Assembly (NCBI GenBank): GCA_000934665.2
Contig: JYFJ02002671.1
Coordinates: 1-52,869 of the forward strand
Direction of reading: 5' to 3'
DNA length: 52,869 nt
Origin: Catajapyx aquilonaris
Lineage: Eukaryota
Positions 12,086 through 24,732 of the stretch are shown piece by piece. Both the position numbers and the translations under genes were made by a program. Numbering within the stretch: the first letter of the stretch is position 1; every line of letters starts with the position of its first letter. The notes beneath the pieces are model-generated. The model worked only from the letters and a program-made list of their open reading frames with translations. It searched no databases and was not told where the DNA came from.

Positions 12086-12861
12086 TGACCACCTGGTTTA
12101 GCTTTTTCCCAGGCGGCTATATCCCTCTGAAGTTTCCAACACTCGGCCTTCACATGGTTGTGTTTTTTACAGTAATCACACACAATTTGGCCAGCGTCAG
12201 TTTTTGGGACAGCAGGGTGGGACCGACCTCTTCCTCTGTAGAAACCTCGGCCCCTCCTACGGCCGCGATTCGATTGCTCAGGACCAGGCTGTGGTTTGGG
12301 AGAAGTCCCAGTAGCAGCAGCAACAAAGTCAGCTCCTTCTGAGTGGCGGAAGTTCGCCTGCCATTTTTGAATACCTTCCGATAGTTTTGCGACACGCAAA
12401 ACCTCGTCTAGAGATGAAACATCGAGAGTCATGACTTGACGCTGGGTTTCGTATGGGAGGACCTCAAACAATCTACCGCATACCAACTGAGAAACCATGT
12501 CATTAGAAGCCGAAGGGTAGGATTTCGTTATGGCTTCTCGAAGGCGGTATACATAAGAATCCCATCCTTCGCCTGGTTTAACCTTTATCATAGCAGCTTC
12601 CCCTTGCTTCAATACCTTAGGGGTTACTGGTTCAAGGTAAGCGGCGAGGGAAGTGCAAGCCGTACCATAATCGACCTTCTGGCCAGGCGTCAACAAGCGA
12701 TAAGCTTGGTAGGGGCTTCCCTCCAGAAACAAGGGAAGGCGAGCCAGCTTTTTTTCATCGTCCCACTCAAATACGGTGCTGTACAAATCAAACCGCTCCT
12801 TCCACTCCACGAAGGAAGTGGAGCCATCGTACTTTGAAATGGGTGGGAGACCCGTAGCCAT
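12076..12861 (-). CDS. gag: Gag protein, 261 aa
   Basis: MATGLPPISKYDG...WKERFD...LPLFLEGSP capsid-like N-terminus, RG-rich tract and CCHC knuckle CDYCKKHNHVKAEC. Confidence 0.9.
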   Translation of the reverse strand: MATGLPPISKYDGSTSFVEWKERFDLYSTVFEWDDEKKLARLPLFLEGSPYQAYRLLTPGQKVDYGTACTSLAAYLEPVTPKVLKQGEAAMIKVKPGEGWDSYVYRLREAITKSYPSASNDMVSQLVCGRLFEVLPYETQRQVMTLDVSSLDEVLRVAKLSEGIQKWQANFRHSEGADFVAAATGTSPKPQPGPEQSNRGRRRGRGFYRGRGRSHPAVPKTDAGQIVCDYCKKHNHVKAECWKLQRDIAAWEKAKPGGQGN

Positions 12862-12921
12862 AATGCAACACAATACCCTCGTAACCGGGCTCGCAACCAG
12901 TCCGACTACGAATACACTTCA

Positions 12922-13026
12922 CTCGTGAGAGTGCACGTAACCATAAACCAAAAGGACTCGTAAGAGTGCACGTAACCATAAACCAAAAGGTCTCGTAAGA
13001 GTGCACGTAACCATAAACCAAAAGGA
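12922..13026. repeat. 3 x 35-bp tandem repeat in the retrotransposon leader
   Basis: Unit CTCGTAAGAGTGCACGTAACCATAAACCAAAAGG(A/T) at 12922, 12957 and 12992. Confidence 0.9.
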
Positions 13027-13087
13027 TCCCTAAGGATCCGTACCAAAAAAAGAAAGGTTCCGTCAAGAACTATCGTCGCAGCTCAGT

Positions 13088-13105
13088 ATCCCACCGCTGC
13101 CACCA
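13088..13105 (-). promoter_or_regulatory. Primer binding site, tRNA-Leu type
   Basis: TGGTGGCAGCGGTGGGAT lies 3 nt from the 5' LTR and is complementary to the ATCCCACCGCTGCCA-CCA 3' end known from metazoan tRNA-Leu(AAG/TAG) (recalled, not searched). Confidence 0.85.
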
Positions 13106-13108
13106 TTT

Positions 13109-13403
13109 TGTAACCGGATCGGGTTACGAGAATCAAATCGGGACTTGGCTGATGAACGACTTTAATGTCTTACGGAGGGTTGATGATACATGTCACTCGT
13201 AAAGGAACAACTAGGTGAGGGGAAATCTAGGGGAAGGATCCGGTCCGGGAGACGGCTCAGTCTCAACTGGCCTCGAGCCCAATGGAGCGCCTCCCGATCT
13301 GCGCAATGCGAGATGGGAACAACGCAAGGTCACATGACAGGGGTATAGTATGGATCAGATGGTGGTGCAAGACGGGGAAATGAAATTGCGCAATACCGTT
13401 ACA
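13109..13403 (-). repeat. 5' LTR
   Basis: 295 bp, TGTAAC...GTTACA, matches 7471-7765, adjacent to the PBS. Confidence 0.97.
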
Positions 13404-13817
13404 TATGCGTGGGACGTAATAATTATTCGAATACTGAGGAGAATGCTTTCAACAGGATGTTCCGTAATGATTTCAAAAAACTGGGTTTCCAAGAGTTCAA
13501 AGTAAATCTGTGTCAGAATCATTTCCTGTATGGTGTAGCTTTAGAGCCATTTCAATAAAATGATGTAGTCACATAAAAATAATAATCAATATAGTGCCCT
13601 ACGTTGAGGTAGAACTTGCCATTGTGGACCACAAGTAAGGAACGTTTTTCTTATTTTCGTGTATTAATTATTACCTCCAAGAACCAACTTATTAATGCCT
13701 CTAGAAGTACACGACCACAAAACCACTGTGATGTTTATACTAAATTTTAGTTCCTGCAGAAGTATCCCAAATGTGCTCGTGTAATCAGGACACACAATCA
13801 TAACTACATGATAATAT

Positions 13818-15303
13818 TCAATTGCCCTCTGCACCTCGAAACTGAGCAACAATGACGAGATATGTGGTTGTTGCAGCAGCCATCTGAAACATGAGGGATG
13901 CATCATGGTGTCAGTTTCGAGAGCGAAAATAATGTACATTAATATGTGCGTGTAGAGGGGCTAGTATGTTAAGCTAATACTGATAAATTTGTCATTGTTA
14001 CTTTTAACGTGATTTGATGAAGGTACAATTGGTACTCCTAAAACCAATATTACAGATTGATATAACTATTATTTAATTGATTACTATCAGGACCGGTTTT
14101 TCTGTATACATAATGGGACAAAACAATACTTCACGTGCCTTTATGTAAACTGGGTACAGTTTGGTAATAACTTACCGTGGTCAGTATTTCCCTCCTTATT
14201 CTGAAAAAGCAGGCAGATATTTCCACTGCAGGATGAGAAACTTTGGCAATCAGATCGCGGATCAATCTCTGATGATGACAGTCGGCGATGCACGTGTCGA
14301 CCATACGAAGGTCTTGCAATAGCGACGAAGCCTGTGAGGGAATCAAATTGTTTGGTTAAAAATACAACATACAGTAATATTGCATTGGTTTTACCTCACG
14401 CGGCAGCCTGTCAAGTATGCAGGTTGTGAATATGATTATGCTGATTTTGGCGAGCGTGACCAGCATCGGATGGAAGCTGATTCGTGTCGTGTCACTCAGA
14501 AGAAGGTAGAAGCTTTCATAGACAACAGCCACAAGAAGATTCAGATAAGTGGCTGCCAGTGCCAGGCCATATGTCTGATTGACATGTCCGGCTGTGACGC
14601 AAAGGTGCGTGAATGCACCGCTCAGATGAGTCAAAGGCTGAAGATGCGTTTTTTGAAACACCGTTTTCGGGTTGTCGGATATTGGAAAAGCGCTGGGCAT
14701 CTCCAAGAGAATGTCGCGAATTCCTTGCGAAACCGATGCGAAACGAAGCCGGATTGACTCGGAGAAAAACGCGGCTTGGATCAGCGACAAGGACGGAATG
14801 AACGCGCATATTTCTAACAGTATGGCTACAAAATAAGCCCATACACCAACTTCCTTGGTGAAACAGCACGAAATTATATGGACCAAGAGGACCATGTGCC
14901 AAGTGAAGACGTACACTCGCGATGCTATCCTCATCTTCCTATTGACCTCATCGCTTCCTGTCATTACTCTGTCGAAGTCGTGCAGCCTCGTTAAAAGGTC
15001 ACAGATTGACTGGAAGTTGACCTGAAGGATGACATACACGGTCAGCACACCCCAGTTCAAGTCGATGTACTCCAGAGTGTGTATTACATCCTCCACGGTT
15101 TTTGAGCTCAAATAGATCAAGTTATTTCTGAGGCTATGCATTTCCATGTTAAATACTACGTTGAAGCTGGCAATTATAGCCGGGCCCAGGAGGACAAACA
15201 TCAATTTCCTTTGGTACGGGTTTTCGCGCGTGTTGGCAACTGGAAAGAGTCCGAATATCCGGGAAGTGAGGGCCACTGGACGAAAAGAATCGTACACGTC
15301 CAT
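13818..15303 (-). CDS. Gustatory receptor, GR-A2 (recent paralogue of GR-A), 376 aa
   Basis: Exons 15303-14395, 14331-14176, 13883-13818. Last exon MAAATTTYLVIVAQF... is identical in protein to GR-A. Confidence 0.92.
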
Positions 15304-15779
15304 GGTCCGGTCAGAACGGGTCAGAACTAAATGTCCTCTCTCTTTGACAAATAATTGTCACATCCGTCAAATTATTGTGACAGTCTACGTAAGGTGTGGC
15401 AATCTGCTTTCACCCGATTATGGGTGGGGACAACTCCACGTCGCAGATGACAATTGGCTCTGTGACATTGAAAAATATATGATGACATTATGGCATTTCA
15501 ATTGATGGACCAAGAGAGTCGATATTCTTATATGCAAGTACACGCACACAGAATGAACGTGGGTGTTTCCCCACACCGTCGAGCAATTAATATCTTTGGT
15601 CTTTTGCCGTTATTGAGCATGTATTACGTAAGGAATTGGAGACAGGAAGAATATTGGATTTATATGAATCATTCACATTGTGCATATGAAAGTTGATCAA
15701 ATTACCCGGAACATGATAGATCGACCTGAACACGTGTGTCTTGGAATCTATACCTTCTGATAATTCATGCAATTCCATA

Positions 15780-15996
15780 CAGGGTGGCCCTTCCCTCTCA
15801 GGAAGTTTCTCCAGCAATGGTATAGGCACCACATGTGGCTGCAATCTATACGATACATCCAGTGGCTTTGATATTTTGATCGCTTTACATGTGCAATGTG
15901 CATATAGTCTCATTCCTAGTACGATAAACACACTCTTCCCATAAGTAGTAAGGTTACAAGAAATCGTACCTGTGGCATAATTTACTGATCACCCTG
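15780..15996. mobile_element. Possible Tc1/mariner-type remnant
   Basis: TA|CAGGGTG ... CACCCTG|TA termini; only 7 bp of inverted match. Lies where the GR-B duplicate lost its body. Confidence 0.35.
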
Positions 15997-16205
15997 TATA
16001 TCGTAAGTTATGACATTGGTGAATGGTTTATGGTGATGGATTTCTCAAATTAATAAATGGGTCCTAGTGTCCTCGAGTTTTGCTGAACTTCCTTATGAGA
16101 CTTGAAGCAGGAGCTGTAGATAACAAGGTGCAATCTTGATAAATAAATAATACCCAGCACTCTTCTAAAATAAGAGTGGATTCCACGTAAAGGTTCTGGT
16201 TGTGC

Positions 16206-16410
16206 TGTACCATATGGCGTTGACAACAATGAAGTGAATAGGAGCCAGAAGTGAGTACAGCCAGTTCCTCTTGTCTCTCGTGTTGGCCACTGGAAACAGT
16301 CCGAATAACCTGGAATTGATGGCCACTGGACGAAACGAATCATCGTAGACGCTGGACATGGTCGCCTCAGGACTCGAAACACTTTCATCAACACTCTTGA
16401 CAAAGTTCAT
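16206..16410 (-). pseudogene. Truncated GR-B duplicate (5' ~70 codons only)
   Basis: MNFVKSVDESVSSPEATMSSVYDDSFRPVAINSRLFGLFPVANTRDKRNWLYSLLAPIHF matches the GR-B start with small indels. Homology ends near 16206; no exons 2 or 3 found. Confidence 0.88.
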
Positions 16411-17073
16411 TGTCGAATTGGAGCACTTTGTTGGGTGAGGTATGGGTGGGGTTTGAAACTTGCATCGACAAACTCTCGGACAACAACTTGATAAATTATA
16501 TTGATATTATATTGATTGAGAGAATAAAAGGTGGAAATTTGTCACGGAAAGGACCACACAAACAGTGGGGGCAGCTTTTTGTGTACATATCTCTAATCAA
16601 TGCAATGTCGCAAGTGAGAAATACTTCTATAATGCATAATACTTGGAGCAATGAATGCACAGTGAGTCATACTGACAGCAGCATAACAATAATATGCGTG
16701 GGACGTAATAATTATTGGAATACTGAGGAGAATGTTTTCAACAGGATGTTCCGTAATGATTTCGAAAACTCGGTTTCCCAAGATTTCAAAGTAAATCTGT
16801 GTCAGAATCATTTCCTGTATGCTACTGTAGCATTAGAGCCTTTTCAATAAAATGATGTAGTAGTAAATGGTTCTCAGATATAAATAAAATATCATTGCTC
16901 TTTTAATATAGTATGATGGCATAAGGCATATAATTATGTTATAGTATATGCTATCATATTAGAGTAGGGTAGTACGTATACAGGGAGTTGGTTATTTTTT
17001 ATGTAATATTCTATCTTGGCTCAGATCATGCTGTTATCACTGTGCATGTTAACATTATTTTATTGACACTTAA

Positions 17074-18664
17074 TTAGTGACCTTCTGCTCCGTGAAACTG
17101 GGCAAGAATGACGAGATATGTTGACATAGCAGCACCCAACTGAAAAATAACACATGACTTGTAATTAAATGTTTCATCTCATGATTTCATAAAATTTGGC
17201 ATCAAAATAATATCTTACGGCTGAAGCAATGAGATATGTTAGGGACTGGGACTGCCTTTAATTAGGAATAATATTTTCAATGAATGCTGAAGAAAAAGTA
17301 TTTACACAATCATAAGCCCAGTTGCGTCAATGCATTTTAAGAAAAGCTCAAATTATGATATTACCCATAATGGGATATTATTTTCTCAATGTTGATACAA
17401 CTCGTCCTTACGAGATGCCCACGTTAATATGCCACTTATAAAACCAAATTACCGTAGTCAGAATTTCCTTTCTGATTCGAAAAAATCCAGTCATGAGCTC
17501 CACTTCAGGGTGTGTCACTTTGGTGACCAGATCGCGGATCACTATTTTGTGGTGAGCGTCGACCGATGTCAAGTCGACCATGCGAAGGTCCTGAAGGAGC
17601 GATGAGGCCTGTGCGGGAGATATAAAATTATAATCATTTAAAAAATTGGATGATACACTCTAACAGCGTCATTTTTCAATGAAAATTAATATTAAAGGGA
17701 ATATTTTCTTGGTATTAAATATAAATCGTGGTGAGCAACAGAATCTTTCAATGCTTACCTCACGTGGCAGCCTGTCGAATATGCATGTGGTCCAGATGAT
17801 CACGCTAATTTTGGAGATCGTGACCAGCAACGGATGCAGGCTGACTCGTGTATTGCTTCCTAGCAGTAGATAAAAGGCTTCGTAAAGAACTGCTACAAAA
17901 AGGTTCAAGTACGTGGCGGTAAGTGCCATTCCATATGCCTGGTTGACGCTTCCGACGGTGACGCAAAGGTCTGTGAAGGCGCCGCTCAGATGAGTCAAAG
18001 GCTGCAAAAACGACTTTTGAAACACCTTCTTCGGTTTGTCAGGCGTTGGAAAGGCGCTTGGCATCTCCAGGAGAATGTCGCGAATTCCTTGCGAAACGGA
18101 TGCGAATCGAATCCGGATAGACTCGGAGAAAAACGCGGCTTGGATCAGCGACAAGAACGGAATAAACGCGCACACCTCGAGTAACGTGACTGACACGTAC
18201 GTTACGACATGAACCCGTTTGGATACGCTGCATGATATAATGTGAACCAATAGAGCAGCATACCAGGTGATGAGATATCCCAGAGATGTTCTCCTCATCT
18301 TCCTGTTGATCTCATCGTTTCCAGCCATTTGTTGATCAAACTCGTGCAGCTTCCCGACAATATCGCAGATTGACTTGAACTTCACCTGAAGGATTATGTA
18401 CACGGCCAGTGCAGCCAAGTTCAGGTTCAAGTGCTCCAATGTGTAAATGACATCCGTGACGGACTTCATGTAGAAACGATGCCAGTCTAAGAAAAGATAG
18501 ATGTACACCTGCATGAATATGTTGTAAGTGGCGATAATAAAGAGACCCAGTAGAGAGAACAGCCAGAATCTTCGATACGGTTTGTCTCGCGTGTTGGCAA
18601 CGGGAAACACTCCGAATATCCGGGAAGTGATGGCCACTGGACGGAATGAGCCGTACACGTCCAT
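17074..18664 (-). CDS. Gustatory receptor, GR-C, 375 aa
   Basis: Exons 18664-17759, 17608-17453, 17139-17074. Last exon LGAAMSTYLVILAQFHGAEGH*. Confidence 0.92.
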
Positions 18665-20575
18665 GGTTGAGTTCCAACTGTGCAGGCGTGACCAAAATTA
18701 TTGGAGTCTTACACACTCATTAAGCATTCTCAATGTCGTAAATAGGTGTAGCAAGTAACATCACGCGATATTATACCACCACGCAACAGGTGAAAAATAA
18801 TAATTGCGACGCGTGAATTAGACCGATGCGATTTTGACAGAAGCAACAATTATTTGATGCGGAAAGGCACACACGCACATCACAATGTGTCGCTTTGCAC
18901 AGTCAAACCATTTATATTCCTGCATCTTCGTCTCTTGACACTCTCGCACATCAAGAGCTATCGTGTCGAATAAGCTGAAGAATCCTTCACGCCACACAAA
19001 TATCTGTTGCGGACATAAATGTTCTTTTGACAGGATGAGTGGTTGCCTGACACATGCGACCATGTATCATAAGCCATGCTCAGACTAACTGACAGGCATG
19101 TAATAGAGTGCGTCATAGAAATTCTGGAGCACTCTCAATGTATAGTGAAGAGTGCGTGAAAAATTGTGTCACTTTGCAAAAACCCTTCTCAGCAAGTAAT
19201 GAATATTTAATATACGAGATTACGAGGAATTATTTTTCTTGCTGTACACGTAACCGAATTATATAAAATATAATTCATTATTTTGACTACAAATTTAATT
19301 TGTATTGTACAACACGTACGTAATATCCGTCATTCTGCCATAGATAGTTTTTGTAGGCATAAAGTCAATATCCCAACAATGAGTGTCTGTAGGTACTGCA
19401 CATTATACATTTTTGTACGGTATAGTAGGTCATCCTTGATCCCATTATATCCAAACTACTGAGCTAGTTTTTCGTCGAAATAGTTCTCTTATCAATATGC
19501 TCACTTTAATATCATCTGTCTATAGTACCGCTTATGCAACACTGATTATTTGCTAATGAAATAATCTATTTTTCATGCCAGTGATAATAATCAATCCCTC
19601 GACAGCAGCTCGACAGTTTCCGCAAGAATTTCCTTATTATATGTTACCTAAACAATACTGTTTATATTGAGTTGATGAGGACATTTATTTATTGCCCATG
19701 CGTGCAGACCAATAATGACGGAAATGGGCTGTAATGTTTGTAGGTAATGGATCATTACAAACAGCTTTACGCATTTCCTGATGGGTGTGCGCCTGATTAC
19801 GTCGATGTTCGCATGAAACATGTACTGTATGAAGCAGGTTAGCTGAGTACTAGTATTACACACGGCTATACTGTGTTCATAAATCAGTAAAAAATTTAAG
19901 GTAACATCGCAACAACTTAGATGTACATTTGTAGACTTCCGTTCTAAATAAAGTAACTTAAATGTGATTATATGCTAATTTTGACACGAAAGTGGGAAGA
20001 GCATCGGTATAGGCTGACTATAGTATACGATAGTGTATTGCTTCCCTGAAGATGACAGATGAGTTATGTAAGTGGAGGTGTGGCAAATATTTCCGCGTGA
20101 CTTCCGCGTGAAAGAAAAATTCAATATTTGGATAGTACGACTTGGCCATTGAAGTTCAGTTGACACAGCGGCTCGTGTAATGTGATGAAAGGACAGACAC
20201 ATCAGTCAAAGGGACAAAACATATTATTATAATAGCTACAGCCTGAATTTTTGCCGAAGCCTGTCACATCAAATGGCCCAGGTGTCTATTCTGAATTCTC
20301 TATTGTGTCTTTACTCAGAAAAGTTTTGTAATTAGTTATATTCTACTAGTTGTACTGTAGTATACAGTATTACAACCTTGATTCCAACGTAATTGCGAAT
20401 TGCCTTCGTTTTGTCTACTTGACGTCTTATTTATTGGCTGGTATGATGCCGACGCGGCGTATAGAATGACCACTAACGTTGAAAATCCACGTACGAGTTA
20501 GCGACATGGACTTGTGCAATGTAAGCGATACTGGCAATCTTTATCTGGCAAACTCATCAGTCATCAGTCTCGTCA

Positions 20576-22047
20576 CTATTTCTCTTCGGAATCGTGGAAC
20601 TGAGCGACGATGACGAAGTAAGTTGCAATTGATGTTGTCATCTGCGAAGAAAATAATTATTTCCGTGAGATCAGGAAGAGAAGATGCTGCAACAGTTAAT
20701 CAAACTAATTAAGCACGAGTGTGAATCGTCTAATTTACGCCGTCCACGTGACTACTATTTATTCACCCAGAGAGGCACAACCCCATCAATTAACGTCAAA
20801 CTCACTGCTGTCAAGATTCCTTTTCTTATCCGAAAAAATCCAGCCGATATTTCGACCTCAGGATGGGTCACCCTCGCCATCAGGTCACGGATCTGCAGCT
20901 GATCCTTCCAGCTGATGGAGGTCAGATCTGTCTTTCGAAGGCGAATCAGAAGCGACGAGGCCTGCGAAAAATCTCCACAATGAATATTGTTTGCACATAA
21001 CAGTGCTCAAAATTTTGCGCAACTTACGTATAGTACATGTCGAAAAAAGTTTTGGACAAACACATACTCTACATATACACAATCATTAGCGGCTGTATTA
21101 TTTGTCAATAACATTTTGTTTGGCATAACATGTAGCAGTACCTCATGTGGGAGGCGATCCATCACACATGTGGCGAATATCAGGATGGTGTTTCTGGTGA
21201 ATGTGTCTGTCAGGAAGAGGATGGGCTGCTCGTCTCCCAAAACCATCAGGTAGGAACCCTCGCCGACCACCTCCAAGAGCAAGTGCAAGTAGGTAATGGC
21301 CAGGGCCAAACCGTAGGCTTCATTCAAACAGGCAACAGAGTCGCAAAGCTCGTCGTAAGCCCCGATCAGACGGGTCAAAGGTCGAAGGCTGGGCCTGAGA
21401 CAAAGAAGCTTCGTTTCGTCCAATGAAGGAAATGATATCGGAAATGAGGCAATCGCATGATTGATTTCGTGAGCGACGTATTTGAACCGCATCCGGATCG
21501 ACTCCGAGAAAAACATAGCCTGAATCATCGGAACGTACGGCATGAAGGTCAGGCATTCGTACAACACTCGTCTGGTCAGCACCAAAACATCAGGTGCTTT
21601 GAATGTCACAACGTTGGTCAGCACCTGCATCAGAAAAAGACCGACAAAGGCTAGTGCGTATGCCCAAGATCCGATTTTGATTTTCCTGTTGATCCCACCG
21701 TTACAAGCCATGGTCGCGTCAAAGTGACGCAGTTTCGCAATCAGGCCGATAATTTGGCTGAAATTGACTTGAAAAATGACGTACAGGGCGGCCACTGTGA
21801 TGTTTATATTGAAGACGTCTATGATTGCCAGAATCCTAATGATTTTTCCAGGATAATATGTCATGATATGTGGAGACATGAACCAGAGGATGTCAGTGAC
21901 TGTGAGGAGAGTGGGAGCCAGTAAGTAATACAGCCAACCCTTCCGGTATGGCTTTTCGGAGGTGTTTGCCACAGGAAACAGTCCAAATATCCGGCAAATG
22001 ATGGCCACTGGACGGAAACAATCGTAGATGTCCACTGCTGCTTCCAT
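20576..22047 (-). CDS. Gustatory receptor, GR-D, 375 aa
   Basis: Exons 22047-21142, 20961-20806, 20641-20576. Last exon MTTSIATYFVIVAQFHDSEEK*. Confidence 0.92.
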
Positions 22048-22641
22048 AGCTGCCTAATGTTCGGCCAGGACAGTCCAGGACTGATGCAAATATAAGTCTT
22101 CAAGCTATACTGTCAATACGTGTATTGTATGCGACTGGACGTTTGTCTTACTTGGGAGTGTCCCACATATAGTGGTATTGGATGTGGGATATTGAATTTT
22201 GTTGCGCAATCGTAATGAAAAGTCCGTCAACTCCTATTATATGTGGGAGAGTCAGCATAGGGCCTCATATATCCAGGTTTGCCACCATAATTTTGAAGCA
22301 AAGTTCAAAATAGTTATTAAGCCAATTTGCACGACGATTGCGGAACGATTGTTGTCACTAAAACGATAATTAGTAACACTCCCAAGTGTCAACTCAGTTG
22401 GTATAAATCTATTCATTCCGCCCATCGCAGCAGACCACTCAAATATTAATTTTTCTCTGATGTCAATGAGAAACATCCATGACCGTGTTGCAGTGCGTGA
22501 AATTACTGGGGACAGACCATCATATCAATAATTTTATTATGAACGTCACTACTTCAAATCGTCAAGGCTGTGCCAGTGAGCGTTTAAGGCATTGCAGTCG
22601 AACTCCATTTCACTTGGGGCTGTTCATTCGAAGTGTTAACA

Positions 22642-24732
22642 ATGTTCGGATTTAAAATTCGTCTGGTTTTTGTGCTCGCCACTTTATTCACTCTTAATTT
22701 AAATGTTAATTATTGTTACGTGACTGTGACTCACGGGAACTCTGCTGATGATTACGTATCGGAAGCTGTTTGGCATCTGCTCAAGGACGGTAGCCAAGTG
22801 GAAGCTGAGTGTCCCCTGGCCCTGACCCATGACCTCGGGTGGAGTTGGCCGGGTCACCTCCAGGTCATGGTGTCCAATATGTCCAGGGCAGGGAGGCCCG
22901 TGTTGCTGGCCAGATCCACTGGTTCTCCTCTGGAGAGATGGGACTGCTCATCGGGGGGTGATCCCGAGGGTGATCCTGCTGTAATGTTCCAACCATCTCG
23001 ACAGTACAAGTGTCTGGTAAACCTGGTGACCACTTGCAGCCAGAACTACGAGGAGGCCATGGAGGAGCTGCTGGATCCAGAGGAAGGAGTAGTGACTTTG
23101 AAGAAGAACAAGGACTTGTTCATTATCTGGATAAGAGACGAGCCAGAGAAGCGGGAAAATATTTTGCAAAAACCGGCGTCCAATCTGAAGTATAAAGTTG
23201 GCATCACGGTCATAAACAATCGTACGGTAACATTGTCGTCTGTTTGTTTTTTCTGCGACGGAGGTGATCCTGTCATCGAATATGTCCAGGTTAACTCAAC
23301 CTCACTGTTGCAAAACACTCTCGGAACAGTGCTTCTCAAGGACAGTGCCGATGATTTTCATGGGAAAGTCTTGCACACACTGTACCACAGAAACGTGACT
23401 CACATGTCATGCGATCCATTAAATGCGGACCTTATCTTCATCTTAGGTTGCTATGTTGGAGAGGCGCTCCATTTTGAATGGACTGTAGGTTATTTTGATC
23501 AAGAGGAAGTGACCAGAGACATGAGTAAGGCTGTAGGAATTCTAGAGGATATCAGAGAGGGAAGCATAGCTTTTATGCTAACGGTTCCAGTTATTGACAT
23601 CTTGAACAGAGTATTTGACATGATAACGCCTCATTACTCAGATCGTATGACGTTCCTTGCTCGCAAACCAAAAGTGATCGACTCCCCGTTAGTGATAGTT
23701 TATCCCTATGAACTCATCCCGTGGTGCTGTTTCTTAATTTCTTTGATAGTTTACGGCTGGTTCCTTTTCCAATTGTCCAAGCAGCAGGGTCAGAGCAATT
23801 CATTTTTGTCCAAATTCAATTCTGTTTTGGGAAGTATTCAGTATATGTCACAGGCGGTACTTGACCAGTGCTTTGAGGCCAACTCTGGAATAATATTAAG
23901 GTCCTCATTTCAGATCGCTCTCCTCTTCTGGTATTACTTTAGTATAGTCGTAGAAACAGGTTATGAAGCTAAACTTTTTCAAATTCTTACCCATCCTCGT
24001 AAAGAGGAGATACCTCATTCAATCGAGGAATTATTAAAATCTGAATACATCATAAATATGTTAAATTCGATGTTTCAGTTGATGAATGCAGGGGACGGAG
24101 ACCTAACCGAAACATTGCCTAGATTCTTCGAAAAACTACGACTTGTAGAACCAGCCGAATGTGTGCGTACAATATTGAAAGAAGACAGAGTCTGCGTGGC
24201 AGACTCTGTCTGGCTGAGAAACACTATGCTGAATGAATTGCTTTTGAGCGACGGATCACTACCGGCGTTTATATCCGACGATTCCCTGGTGACATTCCAC
24301 TTCTCAATGGCATTCGGCAAGGACAACCTCTATTCGGCCAATTTCGACTATTGGGTGCAGGTCTTCAACAGCTTTGGTATTGGCTTGAAGAGTTATCGGT
24401 TTGAGGAACTCACTAAAATGCGGAGGATGGCCAGAATGGCAGGTGGAAGAAATAAAGCAAAAGGCAACGAGGACGAGGAAGAAAAAGTGGTATTTGGCAT
24501 CAAGAAATTTCAAGGGGCCTTTTGCATTCTGCTGGGAGGTGTTACATTGTCACTTGTCGCGTTCTTAAAGGAGATATTGTTTCCCAAACTACGTAATATT
24601 TTCACTCATCGCAATAGCACTGTGAATGTGCCTAAACGCATCAAGTATACCCCACCACAGGGATGCCAAATGCAAGTGCACTCGGAATCTTCAGAAAATT
24701 GTGAAGGAGAAACCTATTGTTATTTACCATAG
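22642..24732 (+). CDS. Divergent ionotropic receptor (variant iGluR), intronless, IR-1
   Basis: Signal peptide; PYELIPW + M1; pore loop QAVLDQ; M3 FWYYFSIVVETGYEAKLFQILT (SYTANL equivalent); S2 region; M4 FQGAFCILLGG...FLKE. Confidence 0.85.
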   Translation: MFGFKIRLVFVLATLFTLNLNVNYCYVTVTHGNSADDYVSEAVWHLLKDGSQVEAECPLALTHDLGWSWPGHLQVMVSNMSRAGRPVLLARSTGSPLERWDCSSGGDPEGDPAVMFQPSRQYKCLVNLVTTCSQNYEEAMEELLDPEEGVVTLKKNKDLFIIWIRDEPEKRENILQKPASNLKYKVGITVINNRTVTLSSVCFFCDGGDPVIEYVQVNSTSLLQNTLGTVLLKDSADDFHGKVLHTLYHRNVTHMSCDPLNADLIFILGCYVGEALHFEWTVGYFDQEEVTRDMSKAVGILEDIREGSIAFMLTVPVIDILNRVFDMITPHYSDRMTFLARKPKVIDSPLVIVYPYELIPWCCFLISLIVYGWFLFQLSKQQGQSNSFLSKFNSVLGSIQYMSQAVLDQCFEANSGIILRSSFQIALLFWYYFSIVVETGYEAKLFQILTHPRKEEIPHSIEELLKSEYIINMLNSMFQLMNAGDGDLTETLPRFFEKLRLVEPAECVRTILKEDRVCVADSVWLRNTMLNELLLSDGSLPAFISDDSLVTFHFSMAFGKDNLYSANFDYWVQVFNSFGIGLKSYRFEELTKMRRMARMAGGRNKAKGNEDEEEKVVFGIKKFQGAFCILLGGVTLSLVAFLKEILFPKLRNIFTHRNSTVNVPKRIKYTPPQGCQMQVHSESSENCEGETYCYLP

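Larger units (their letters stand above)
7471..13403 (-). mobile_element. Full-length Ty3/Gypsy LTR retrotransposon, 5933 bp
   Basis: Two 295-bp LTRs, 4-bp TSD TATG (7467-7470 and 13404-13407), PBS, gag, and pol in PR-RT-RH-INT order. The empty site AATAATATG|CGTGGGACG is visible in the paralogous segment near 16688-16705. Confidence 0.97.
13573..16860. repeat. Tandem segmental duplicate of the GR-A/GR-B unit
   Basis: ~13573-15720 matches ~3588-5710, including introns and flanks. ~16206-16860 matches ~6980-7470 joined to 13408-13570. Confidence 0.9.

Noticed and set aside
12922..13026. 35-bp repeats as a CRISPR array
   Set aside because: No spacers, eukaryotic context, inside a retrotransposon leader.
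13088..13105. tRNA gene
   Set aside because: Only the 18-nt 3' end including CCA is present; it is the PBS.
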